A DNA stretch of 59,705 nt, counting the filler, from Globobulimina sp. (Eukaryota), in NCBI GenBank assembly GCA_003354225.1. It is 9 parts of 9 records of this genome, joined end to end, with 100 filler letters (N's around TTAATTAATTAA, not from the genome) between each part and the next. Parts side by side here need not be neighbours in the genome. Positions count along the whole stretch, not along the records: positions 33,269 to 39,808 come from PIVH01000279.1; positions 39,909 to 46,441 come from PIVH01000280.1; 7 more parts are not named here. One strand, 5' to 3'. The notes below the pieces were generated by a model that saw only the letters and a program-made list of their open reading frames with translations, was not told the DNA's origin and searched no databases. The position numbers were made by a program, and so were the translations under genes. Of the stretch, positions 33,269 through 44,311 are shown piece by piece; positions within the stretch are counted from its first letter, which is position 1, and the number at the start of each line of letters is the position of its first letter.

Positions 33269-34155
33269 GAAATAAACGCCGCCTGAAATGGAGAAACCGC
33301 CATACCATTCGATCTCTGACGTGGACGAGCTGCATAATTGTTACGTAACCATTTATTGGTTTTCCTCTGTTTACTTAATTGTCTCTGCAACAATTTAGGA
33401 CAATTACGCTTAAAATGCGGGCCGCTGCATTCAAAGCATCGCAAGACACGCGAAGTGGACCTGGCTGCACCAGTAAAAGGCACAGAGTAAGTCATAGGGC
33501 CTCCGGTATGGGGCGCACTGTTGTTGGGCACCGAGATGTAAGCCTCAAGACAGTCATCCGGCAGACCTTGAACAACCAGCAAAGGCTTATCGTGCGAAAG
33601 CATCATTTGACGCCACGCATGAACGAATTCCGCTGATTTCCAATTCAATCGACACTCATTATTCGCAATCCGATATTTATTGACCTCACAAGCAATGGCC
33701 GCTCGTTGCCAGAAGATGGGAGCGGAGACAGTCGGGTCATTTATCAACGACACAAGATTGGAATTATAAAAAACGCGCACATCCTTCAAATGCGCCATGA
33801 TGAAAGCAATTAATTTGTTAAAACGAGGATCAAATGTTTGTTTCAAGAGCGTCTCAGTAGTACGCTCCGAAATGGTCGTGATCAATAAATGAAAATTAAC
33901 CTTATTGGAGATGAATCCCTTCAATGCCAAAGGAATGGTTTTGCCCCAATTTAGATGCAATTTCCACATGGAAATCCAAAGAAACTTCACCAAACAGAAC
34001 GCATTGCCATGACCATCCAAGATAAAGTGCAGAAACTGCCTCAAAGCAATGTCAATCTCCGCTTTTTTAGTGACATAAATGCCATCGGATTTCAATTCAT
34101 GCTGAAATAATAACTGATCTGTTTCAAGTATGTGCATAGATAAACTGTAAATCAA
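33269..34155 (-). CDS. Gag-like protein C-terminal part with a CCHC zinc knuckle, 3'-partial
   Basis: CFECSGPHFKRNC, plus a Trp-spaced segment FWQ...YR...NW......W resembling DIRS gag. A probable splice acceptor lies near 34120. Confidence 0.7.
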
Positions 34156-34490
34156 TATGTTTGTGATGTGTTTAGGTCGTAAAGCGCGCAGAACCCCGCC
34201 ATAAGTCTACCGCAATGGCGCTGGGAAAAGGCAATGTATGTTGAACGCATACGAAACGTACACAAAAACAATACAAATTTGTGGCATCAACAGCAGACAA
34301 CATACCGTTGCAAGTGCAGCACGGAAAAAAGGTTGGCCATGTCATACAAAACAACCATCCGCCACACGCTAACACTGTGACAGATTGATACTGATCGAGA
34401 GTATTACATCGCTGCCAACAGAAAGAAAGAGAACGAAAAGTGTACTGCCTTCACCAAAACTATCATTATAATACCAATAACGACGTAAAG

Positions 34491-35783
34491 TTACCATGAA
34501 GACGCAGCCACAAACAAATGAGCCATAGATAGGTGCCAAGCAGTTGCAAACACAAAGAAACACAAAGAAAGAACATGAACTAAACTCGCAGCAATACACT
34601 GTGTCGCCGACGCCCATGAAATCTTATTATGTTCACCATTGTTAAGTATATTCATAATCACCTTATTATTCTCTAAAAAGGCCTCATCGATCAAACGCTT
34701 CGACGCTTTCGGGTTAAACACCTTTTCCATCTGCTTACGATCAGCGATGGTAACAATATAATTATAGGCATTATTCCCCGCTAAGCCATGCGTCTCTGCA
34801 TAGTTCTGGACACTGGCCATCTGCAAAGGAGCCACTCTCGAAGCTGCCTGACATTGATGGTTCAACTTCTTCAACAGCCCCAACAACTGCTTCGCCTCCG
34901 AGGAACCAATGGCATCCATCATACCGGCCATCTCATCCTTCGCTGTCGTACTACCACCACCCTCGGAATCAACGATCATTGATTCATGACCCAGACGGTT
35001 TGGTGTTGCTGGATTTGTATCGTTTGGAAGGTTTGGGTCACGTTCGGAGGATTTGCTATCACTCTCCGGTGGTCGTAACAGGGTGGTTTGGGTAGAAATC
35101 GCCGACTGAATGGCTTGAAACGACTCTGCCGCCGCCGCCTGTACCTCAGCCGAAGTCATCAAAGCATGGACATTCTTCTGCAATACATTAGGCGCTTCAG
35201 CCTTCATCACATTGGTCGCCGCCAAATGGATACTAATACGCTGCAAAGCGGTACTAAAAATCGTGCGAATATCTGCCAACGTGCCCGCATCCGCAGCATC
35301 TAAACCCCACGACGCCAAATGTGCATAATCAATATTGGCGAATGTATGAGAAGTGTTATTGGCGGTATTCGCGGTACGAATATGGCTCCGTACCTTCGCT
35401 CTAAGATCCTTCAAGATCTTCTTAACCATTAATATCGTATCTAGCCTCAAACAGGCCATCACATCACCCAATAAAATGGACAAAAAAGACACCATACGTT
35501 GCTCACGCACAGAGTCAGAACCTGCCAAGCCAGATAGTAACGGTTTCAACCGATTTCGGATGTTGGTTTGTATGGCTCTGGAAACCAACACAAAGTTCGC
35601 ATGACGTGGAGGACGATCACCATCAGCTTCTTCACCAAACGTACATACATTAAAACAATCAGGAAAGAACAAAACACCGCTATTAATCCATTCCTCTGCA
35701 ATCACAGCCGATGCCGAAGATTGCATTGCTTTGTACTCAGTTTGCGTTAACTGGGTAATCCTCGATAATGCTTGAGACGCCAT
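34491..35783 (-). CDS. Gag-like ORF1, N-terminal part (probably spliced to 33269-34155)
   Basis: 430-aa Ala-rich helical ORF from ATG 35783, upstream of the zinc-knuckle ORF. Confidence 0.55.
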   Translation of the reverse strand: MASQALSRITQLTQTEYKAMQSSASAVIAEEWINSGVLFFPDCFNVCTFGEEADGDRPPRHANFVLVSRAIQTNIRNRLKPLLSGLAGSDSVREQRMVSFLSILLGDVMACLRLDTILMVKKILKDLRAKVRSHIRTANTANNTSHTFANIDYAHLASWGLDAADAGTLADIRTIFSTALQRISIHLAATNVMKAEAPNVLQKNVHALMTSAEVQAAAAESFQAIQSAISTQTTLLRPPESDSKSSERDPNLPNDTNPATPNRLGHESMIVDSEGGGSTTAKDEMAGMMDAIGSSEAKQLLGLLKKLNHQCQAASRVAPLQMASVQNYAETHGLAGNNAYNYIVTIADRKQMEKVFNPKASKRLIDEAFLENNKVIMNILNNGEHNKISWASATQCIAASLVHVLSLCFFVFATAWHLSMAHLFVAASSW

Positions 35784-35799
35784 AAACGCGTATTTACTT

Positions 35800-35895
35800 T
35801 ATTTGTAATATATTTGTAGCTGCTTTTAATGTATTTATTTGTAGTTGCGTTCTTTATTTGTAATGTATTTATTTGTAATGTATTTATTTGTATGT
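35800..35895. repeat. Short tandem repeat (TATTTATTTGTAATG-like) upstream of the gag ATG
   Basis: About 6 degenerate copies of TATTTGTA. Confidence 0.7.
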
Positions 35896-36308
35896 GTAGT
35901 TTATAAGAATTTGCTTTGTTATTTAATTTGTTTGCTATTTAATCTTGATTTAAATGAAACGTTTCTTTCGACTCAATCGTAAAGTGCAACTGCAATAGAT
36001 GCCCTTGTCTGGGTAGAGTTTAGTAGCGAAAGAAAAAAAGTCACAAAGTTTCTAAATCAAACACACAAAAACTTTGAGTCACTTAGACACACTTCAATCT
36101 GTGAAACAATCGTTTCGAAGAGAACGTCATGTTTTACTGTGATTTCGTTTGTGGACAAATATGATAAATTCATTTTATATTAATTTATTATTATATACCC
36201 ATTCTATTATATCATATACATTGATATAATTAGAATCCTCCAAATCGTAAAATACACAAATCTATCTTTATCTCTTTTATTGTCCAACTCGAAATCACAC
36301 AGATACTA

Positions 36309-37568
36309 CTATATCAATATCACATCCGGCGCCTGCAAACTGGACTGAAACTTCTTCAGAAAATCCGAGGACACCGTGGCTTTCATATGAGGCAAAGCTT
36401 TTACCAAATCACACTCTGCGCCATCCATATCAACCTGTTCACCACTCACCGGCGAGCCATACAAGTATGTATCAGCCAAACCAATCAACTCATACTGAGT
36501 ATGAATAATATAGCGATAGATGGCCGCCGTCAACTTCCAACGCCCAGCAAAAGCTATCAGGCTCGTTGGCACTCCATTCTGTAACAACGTGGTTGCAAAT
36601 CCTTTCCGGAGGCCATGGAAACGATAACGCTCCGCCTCCAGAAACCCCATTGCATGCACTACTTTGCTCCACGTCTTCTTGATACGCGTCAGGGTACAGT
36701 CAACCCCCTGCACCTGAAACAAGTACCTATTAAGTAATTTATATTTGTATATGCGCCTCAATTCACGTCGCTGTAAATGATATAGATGATATAACAAAAT
36801 CGCAGGATCGATACGCTTATTGGTACGCCCCACACGCAAGAAAACATCGCTTCCGAGTCTCGCGGATTTCGAATGTCGCAATCTGATGCGAACATGATGC
36901 AAATTATCATACGCACGAGAATATGCATTGCTTGTATACAATGTGCGTGCACCATCACGTTGCCAGAACATGGTCAAATCGCGGAGGTACACACCATATC
37001 CTTTGTATGCTTTATTGCCATTTTGGTAGCACTCTGCCCCCCTCAAACCTAACACACCTACAAACAGGAGAGACAACGCAAACATGTACCATACCAATCT
37101 CTGCTTATCATGCCATATCTGGGCGAAAGACAACCATTGTTTTGCGAGTGCGATTTCATGTGTATTCATAACCAAACCATAATATACCTTAAACGTCATG
37201 ATATATTGTACAATCTGCAGGAGAAGCCTCGCAGTAACGGGTAGGGTATTACTTCCCTTCCCAGGATGCCTCTTTCGGACATATTTAATTAATGCCATCA
37301 ACGCCGGGTTGGTGGACCACGACTGCTGTAAGCCACAAAGCTGCGCAACAAAATCCAGGGATCTTAACTTATTTCGCACCGTCTCATAGACATTTTTCCT
37401 TGTTCGAATAAAACAACAATCAATAACATATATCTGCAAAATAACGTCACTGAGCGGCAAATCCCAGACCATCGCATCCGGAATTTTCAGACGCCTCATC
37501 GTCCGCCAGAACTCACACCAGTTCTTAGCATATGTGTCCTCTGAGGTAGCTTTCACCCCACCATTCAA
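36309..37568 (-). CDS. Tyrosine recombinase (DIRS-type)
   Basis: LGLRGAE, RLRHSKS, FHGLRKGFAT, GRWK and IYRY give the R-K-HxxR-W-Y set. The frame is open to ~37640, where a TTTCTGCTACAG acceptor lies. Confidence 0.92.
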   Translation of the reverse strand: MNGGVKATSEDTYAKNWCEFWRTMRRLKIPDAMVWDLPLSDVILQIYVIDCCFIRTRKNVYETVRNKLRSLDFVAQLCGLQQSWSTNPALMALIKYVRKRHPGKGSNTLPVTARLLLQIVQYIMTFKVYYGLVMNTHEIALAKQWLSFAQIWHDKQRLVWYMFALSLLFVGVLGLRGAECYQNGNKAYKGYGVYLRDLTMFWQRDGARTLYTSNAYSRAYDNLHHVRIRLRHSKSARLGSDVFLRVGRTNKRIDPAILLYHLYHLQRRELRRIYKYKLLNRYLFQVQGVDCTLTRIKKTWSKVVHAMGFLEAERYRFHGLRKGFATTLLQNGVPTSLIAFAGRWKLTAAIYRYIIHTQYELIGLADTYLYGSPVSGEQVDMDGAECDLVKALPHMKATVSSDFLKKFQSSLQAPDVILI

Positions 37569-37815
37569 AGTAGAATACAGAATTTGTTTGTATTCCGGAG
37601 ATACATAATCAGATAACGGATTGTTAAATTGTTTACATCTGACTGTAGCAGAAAAACAAAGTTAGTAAGGTACCCTAAAAAGAAAAAAGATGTATAAAAA
37701 CGACAAAGGCATGGCACCTGCCGACAAACTATAAGTTGTGTGATTGCAAAGATGCAAACAAAGTCAAAGTCAAAGCATGCAATAATCTGAAAATGGAACG
37801 CTGCAGAAACGAAAA

Positions 37816-39808
37816 TCACCATTGATGAATGTCTGGAATGCATGGAACCGCAGAAAAAGGCTGCAATGACCAGTTATTATCTAAGCATGTTTGCCGCGCC
37901 AAAGCATTAAAGTCACGTAAATGAAAACGCGACGCCATATCCGGTAATTTATTAATCTTTGTATTAACATAATTGACATATAATTTGAGTTCTTTCTCGA
38001 CTGCAAACATACAGATCCATCGCAGCGCAGATTGCAAGAACTCATCACTCGCATTCTTATTAATCAAAACAGACTCAACATGCTTGCTATCTGTCTTTAA
38101 TAGGATCTTCGTTCTCGGCGTCAATAAATGTCGAAACGTGTGCAAGCCCGTAATGATAGCAATGATTTCGAAGTGGGCAATGGCGAAATCAGCTTCATAA
38201 TCCTCATCATGCGTGGCAAATGTATGAGTGTATTGGGATGGAATGGAGGCAGCAATCCAATGGCCTTTGTACCAAACACCTATTGCAGGATTCCATCCAT
38301 TCTCACGAGAGCCATTAGTCGCACCATCAAAGTGCATCTCATCCGTTGGCATGACTTGATCGACTATGTCAAAAATGGAGATGCTGGACACTTGATCAAT
38401 ATATTTAATCCACCACCGGATATCCTTGAGCTCCCAAGGGGTCAATGGTATGACCACATCTTTCCGGCCATATGCATCAATGTACTTATACATAGATTTC
38501 CGGAGTCGGCGCAAAAACGCTTTTCCCGGCCAACCCATATTTGATACATCCTGCAATTTGCTCACCATTGACTCATAAATATGCAAAATCAGTGATTCAT
38601 GAAAGACAGCCGCATATAGCACCTGCTTGATCTTCCAAATGCGATTCTCACTGAGCGAAATCCGCATGGTCTGCGTATTGATGATGAAACCAATCATCTC
38701 CAGCAACCTAACCGGACCGCGCCGTTTCTTGGGTAACTCATCCAACCCAATCAAGTGGAGATATTCACAGAAAGTATTAAATAATTTCGACGCATAACTA
38801 AATACCGGCGGCAAAAAGATAATGTAATCATCAATATAGTTATTTATGATTACCTTCAATATCTGCTTACTATTTGCTTTTAAAATGAACAGCCAATCAA
38901 AAAATTGGCAATCTCTAAACAACTGCAGATCAGCCGTCGTCAAGATAGGTGACAACCGATCCTCAGTACATCGAATCAAACGCGCTCCATTGCATAGGAT
39001 TGTATCCGCAAAAGGAACCAACGCCGACATATAATGAGAGGATAACCATTTGATAACCAATTGTTTATCCCATTTAAAAATTAATTTATTATCATAGACA
39101 AAAGCCCTATCAACGATAGGTTCGTGGTTCACCTCTTCACGAAACTTTCCATAGAAGTACTGCACATTCGCATTCTCGACGGCCGCATTAATATCAGACA
39201 ACAAATCCGAACCATTACATTTTATATTAAAATAACGGCAGACCAGCTGACCCAAATCCTGCGTATGTTTGGAGCCAGTTCTGGTGCCCCAGAAGTCATA
39301 AAAATCCACCATTGTACATCCATCAAATTTATAGCCACTGTACTGCGGCTCCGTTATTGCCAACGGAACCTGACGAAAAGCCGTTTTCAAGTCAGTCTTC
39401 GCCAAATAGAAGCCTCTGCCCCATAACAGATAATAAATGATGCAGTACGACGCCAGTTTGCGAAGATTCATCAATGCGATATGGGCCTTCTCATCCGGTG
39501 TCAACATGTTTATTGACGGATTGCGAGCGGATCCTTTCGTACCGTCCCGTATTACGCGCCAATCAATTATCTCACCCGTGTCAGGGTCCACTGTTTTTGG
39601 ACGGGTAAAGAGGGGAACATAGCCATTCGCTTTTGTCAGCCAGCTGACGGTTTTACCAATACAGAGATCCTTGGTAAGACACTGCGCAATCTCAATTTTC
39701 GATTTCCGGCCTCCAGCCCCATCAGCATATGTGAACTGATTTAATTGTTTGTTTTCAGGATTATGTATATTCAATTTCCAACCAAAACGCAAATAATGTT
39801 TATTAATT
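37816..39808 (-). CDS. Reverse transcriptase-RNase H of the DIRS type, 5'-partial, with a SAM-like insertion
   Basis: RT motifs: WRVIRD, KTDLKTAFRQVP, FWGTRTG, NYIDD and MIGF. RNase H motifs: FDGA, IAHFE, KTDS and NKLPDMASR. Confidence 0.92.
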
Positions 39809-39908
39809 NNNNNNNNNNNNNNNNNNNNNNNNNNNNNNNNNNNNNNNNNNNNTTAATTAATTAANNNNNNNNNNNNNNNNNNNNNNNNNNNNNNNNNNNN
39901 NNNNNNNN
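39809..39908. other. Artificial contig spacer
   Basis: 44N + TTAATTAATTAA + 44N. Confidence 0.99.
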
Positions 39909-39909
39909 C

Positions 39910-40188
39910 GTGATTTTATATATCATGTTATGTGGCTCGCAGCCTTTTAACGGAGTCGCTTTGCCCGTTCTTTACCGCTCGATTATTAAAGGCGAATACG
40001 GCTTAAATTCCAAGAAATGGAAGAAAATATCTGCAGAGGGCAAGCATTTGGTGCAGTGTCTCTTGAATGTCGACTCTGAGCAGCGTTATTCCGCCGAGCA
40101 AATCAAAAAACATGCCTGGATTGAAAATATATGCGGGATTTGGGACAGTACGCAATTTATTGACATTTTTGTATCGAGAGAGTTATAG
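39910..40188 (+). CDS. CAMK-group protein kinase, C-terminal fragment
   Basis: VILYIMLCG.QPF...WKKISAEGKHLV..LL..D...R.SAEQ...HAW (subdomains IX-XI). Confidence 0.85.
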   Translation: MILYIMLCGSQPFNGVALPVLYRSIIKGEYGLNSKKWKKISAEGKHLVQCLLNVDSEQRYSAEQIKKHAWIENICGIWDSTQFIDIFVSREL

Positions 40189-40606
40189 CGCATACATTGA
40201 TTCCTAGCATTTTCATTTTCAATCAATTCAACGCTCTCGATACAGACTATATTTTTATAGCGAGCTTTTAATTTAATTTTATTAGTATTTTTATTTGCAA
40301 AATTTAATATGTTTTGCATTCTTTTGCTTTATTATTTTGTTGCTTTATTATTTTTTATTTTTTTTTTAATTGTTTTTAATGTTTTTTACCTTTTCTCTTT
40401 TTCATAATATTATTATATTTTTTGGCTGTTGCAGTTGTACATTTCCTCAAAATTTGTTGCGACCTGTATAGGCATAGCAAACCATATATGTTTGTGATCC
40501 AAAAACGTTCGTTTTTGATTAACAACAAAAATAAATCTTTCTGATATTGCTGTAATTCTCACTAGTAATCTGATTCAAAACCTTCTCCACAGTCCACACT
40601 TCAATC

Positions 40607-41857
40607 ATGGCACACCAACATTGCTCACAAAATGCAGATGAGCTATTAGCACAATCATTAGCCATGCAAGATTTGATGGACTTCCAACAAAACACCACAA
40701 CATTGCAAACAAAGAGCAACAATACAAACAACTCACAACATCAACACATCAGATTACCAAACACATCAAACACCTCAAACATATCAAACACCACAAACCC
40801 AAAGCCGCCACCAAAAGTATTAAATGAACAATGCCTAACCTCCATATTAAACAACTACATCTCACGTAAGTCCCTTATCAGTTTAGGACCAGACATATCA
40901 TCGACAAACCCGGACATTTACAATCTGTTCTTCAAGTACAATTATTTGTATTTCGACAACAAACTGTCAGGCTGTGTAGTAAAATGGAGCAAACGCATGA
41001 CATTATGTGCCGGCTTATGTTGCTACGAAGGTGGCGGTGGGCTATGTTCAATAAAATTATCGTCGCCGCTGCTCCAATACCGATCGACAAAGGAAATGAT
41101 AGAAACACTTATTCATGAGATGATCCATGCGTATTTATTTGTGACTTTTAATAATAAGGATCGGGAGTCGCATGGTCAGAGATTTAAAACCTTTATGAAT
41201 GTCATCAATTATGCCTCGCATTTAGACATTTCAATATACCACACCTTCCATGATGAGGTGGATCAGTGCAGGACGCATATATGGAAATGCAATGGTGTCT
41301 GTCAACAGAAGTCTCCTTACTTTGGAGTGGTGAAAAGAAGTATGAATCGGGCGCCGGGACCAAATGATCGATGGTGGAGCCAACATGCGAGGAATTGTGG
41401 TGGGAGTTACACCAAAATATCGGAGCCGAAGGCGTTTACGGAGAAACAAAGAAAAAAAAAGGAGAGACTGGAAAGGAAAAAGGAGAGGGAGGAAAAGAAA
41501 AAGTTGAAGGCAGAAATGAAGAAAAATAATAGTAATGCGAATGGGAAGGGGACGGAGAGAAAGAAGGGGCAGAAAAGAAAGAGGGAGAAGGATAAAAGTG
41601 TGCGGACTTTGGTGGATATGTTTGGTAATGGTAAGGGTGGTGATGAAGCATTGAGAAAGAGGCAGAAAATTGAGGAGAAAATTGAGGAGAATAATAGTGA
41701 TTTAGAGATATTGGAGAATACGGATAATAATTATAATAAGAATCGGAATGGTAATAATGGTAATAATGGGAATGCATTGAAAGTAAAGTGTCCAATTTGT
41801 CAAGAGATGTTGGTCGAGAATATGATAAATTTACATTTAGATGATTGTTTGTCGTGA
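40607..41857 (+). CDS. SPRTN: SprT-domain DNA-dependent metalloprotease Spartan
   Basis: WSKRMTLCAG, ETLIHEMIHAY (HExxH), SHG..F, YHTFHDEVD, VKRSMNRAPGPND.WW..H...CGG.Y.K, and a C-terminal UBZ CPIC...INLHLDDCL. Confidence 0.96.
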   Translation: MAHQHCSQNADELLAQSLAMQDLMDFQQNTTTLQTKSNNTNNSQHQHIRLPNTSNTSNISNTTNPKPPPKVLNEQCLTSILNNYISRKSLISLGPDISSTNPDIYNLFFKYNYLYFDNKLSGCVVKWSKRMTLCAGLCCYEGGGGLCSIKLSSPLLQYRSTKEMIETLIHEMIHAYLFVTFNNKDRESHGQRFKTFMNVINYASHLDISIYHTFHDEVDQCRTHIWKCNGVCQQKSPYFGVVKRSMNRAPGPNDRWWSQHARNCGGSYTKISEPKAFTEKQRKKKERLERKKEREEKKKLKAEMKKNNSNANGKGTERKKGQKRKREKDKSVRTLVDMFGNGKGGDEALRKRQKIEEKIEENNSDLEILENTDNNYNKNRNGNNGNNGNALKVKCPICQEMLVENMINLHLDDCLS

Positions 41858-41936
41858 TTTTTATTTAAAGCGTGGATCAAAAAATATTGAGTAAAACATT
41901 AATGATAACTTGAGTATCAGCGGTTAGTTTGTTAAT

Positions 41937-44231
41937 ATGCAACAGAATGAACCGATTAAGCAACATATACAGTTAAATGTCCCCTCACCTGAACAAATAG
42001 CGAAGAATCATGATCATGCAAAAACGGATTCATTTGGAGCAAAGATAAAAACTGGCAAATCGTTACACAAAAGAAGCACATTCATAATATATTTGATAAT
42101 CACCTTTGCATTTGCTGCAATCCAATCGTTTCCAGCCACATTAATACCGCAATTTGAGAGACAGATAAATTGCCCCAACACATCTGACATTGTATGGTTA
42201 TTTGGTGCCCGCTCATTGGGCTACTGTTTTGCAACAATAATTGTCGGAATACAGTTAGATTGGTTCAACAAGACACATTATTTCGCGTCTGCCACAATGA
42301 CAATATCCTTAATTCCATTAATATTTATGAGCGCCATCAGCAATTTCCATATATTCATTGTATTTTGGGTTGTTATTGGTTTTGGCACTGGAACCATGGA
42401 AGTAAGGTTTGTTATGTTGCACGAAAAGAAACGTTCTAAAACCCAACCAAATTAATACTAACTGTGACCAATTTGTAGTGTTCCAGTTTATATTTGGCGA
42501 TTGTATGCAACCTCAGCTTCAGCACGATACACATTCATAGGAGCTATGTCAAGTATTGGTGGCACATTAATGCCGTTATTAATACAACTGTCATTGTATT
42601 TATTTGGTTCATACAACGTTACATTATATTTATTATCATTTATCCTCATCATCTGTGCATTCTTTTTGATTGTTTATCAAACACCAAACTATGAATCGGT
42701 TGTCGAGCGAATGAAATCTGTCAAAAATAAAAACATGAGAACGATTCGAACATTGCGAAATAGACAAATCCAATTACAAGCAAGCGGTCACAGTGAACTA
42801 TCCGTTGGCATTCAACTGCAAGACAGCAAATCCAACAGTGTCAGCCAACAGCCTCAAACGCGCAAAATGAAGACATTGGAGTTGCTGAAGAGGACATTCA
42901 CGCAAATATTAATAGATGACAACATTGGCGATGTGAATATATTTGATATCGAAGAGAATCAGAATGCAGCAGAGATCAGAATGGGTGCGGTGTTTAATCC
43001 CATATTATTGTATGAGATGAACGAAGCCAATGAAGAAGCGGGACTGGAGAACATAATCAGATCAACGCGATCTGCAGCAACTGGCCGGGATCATAGTCAT
43101 CATACTAAGCTACACAAAATGTTAAGTGCTGGCATTGATAATGTCGATGATTTGGACGTGTTAAATTATACGTTTTCATGGTTCTCTCCAAGCTTAAGAA
43201 CCGATACTATTAATGTTGATATTACTGATCAAGATATGGAGAATGACAGCGACTCTGAGGAAACGGAACATTGGTTTGGTTTTGAGAAACCTTTGGCTGA
43301 TTTAATCGGGAAAATGAGAGGCAAATCGAGGCTGAATGTATTAGACAATGATTATTATCGGAAACAGCAAAGGTAGTTCCTCGCAAATAGTGGATAGCGT
43401 ATACATAATAATATAATATTAACCCAATTGCTTATCCACTATTTGCGGAACTGCCTTTTCAGACAATATCAACGTGAAAGCATGCAATTTTATTATCAGA
43501 CGCCTACACAACATGGAACTGCTCAAACTGACACGGACACAACGACAAAATCCAAAGATGCGGCAACAGCAAATTGGAGTGCAATGAAGGAGGGATTGAA
43601 ACGTGCTCGATATAAACAGGAGGTCATCATACTTTGTCTCATTTTAATGCTATTTTTTTATGGATGGCAGACAGTTTTGTTAGCAAATATTATTTCATTT
43701 GTTCCACGTGAAAATATTGGAAGATATTTGATATCAATTTATTCATTTTCAAAATATATGTCAAGGTTTATTTTGTTGATACTTTCGAAACATACACGGC
43801 ATATATCTTTGGGACAGATGACGTTTATACAGTTATTGCTGCTGTTAATGTCATCATTTATTTTTTGGGTGATTGGATATACGGAAGTTGATGAAAATAA
43901 TATTTATTTGTATTTTACGTTTATTGCCTTTGGTGCACTGGGAGCTGGCGTTAAAACCGCAGTATTTTCAATTTGCAAAAATATTCAACCCGTTTCTGGC
44001 TTTGTTGCCTCAATTTGTTTATTATCGAAATGTTTCGGCGACGGGATTGTACCATGGATTGTTGCGAAGATTATTGATAAATACAACCTTGTCGTTTATG
44101 TCTGGGTCATTGGATTTGCCCCCTTTTTTATATTAACTTCGTGGATCTGTATCGTAATATTGTTTCGACGCTTCACTGAGAGCAGAAACAAAGCCCGTAA
44201 TTTAATTAAAAGTCCTTCATGCGATAATTAG
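41937..44231 (+). CDS. MFS transporter with a long central cytoplasmic loop, at least 2 introns
   Basis: Three ORFs separated by GT-AG introns, giving 6 TM + hydrophilic loop + 6 TM. Motifs include LFGARSLGY and GTLMP. Confidence 0.75.
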
Positions 44232-44311
44232 TCACAATCGCAAATTCATTTGACCATTCCTCGCAAATTCATTCATGACACTAATTCTGAAAACCGTTTT
44301 TTTTGTGGAAC

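Larger units (their letters stand above)
33269..39808 (-). mobile_element. DIRS/Ngaro-like tyrosine-recombinase retrotransposon filling the whole contig
   Basis: Same-strand RT-RNase H, tyrosine recombinase and gag-like ORFs, with higher GC than host genes. Confidence 0.88.

Noticed and set aside
37973-39622. Short antisense ORFs over RT, and similar ones over CFAP65, PNKP, the kinase and the phosphoesterase
   Set aside because: These are shadow ORFs opposite well-supported genes.
37816-39808. Retron, DGR or group II intron RT
   Set aside because: The fused DIRS-type RNase H, the adjacent YR and the CCHC gag-like ORF indicate a YR retrotransposon.
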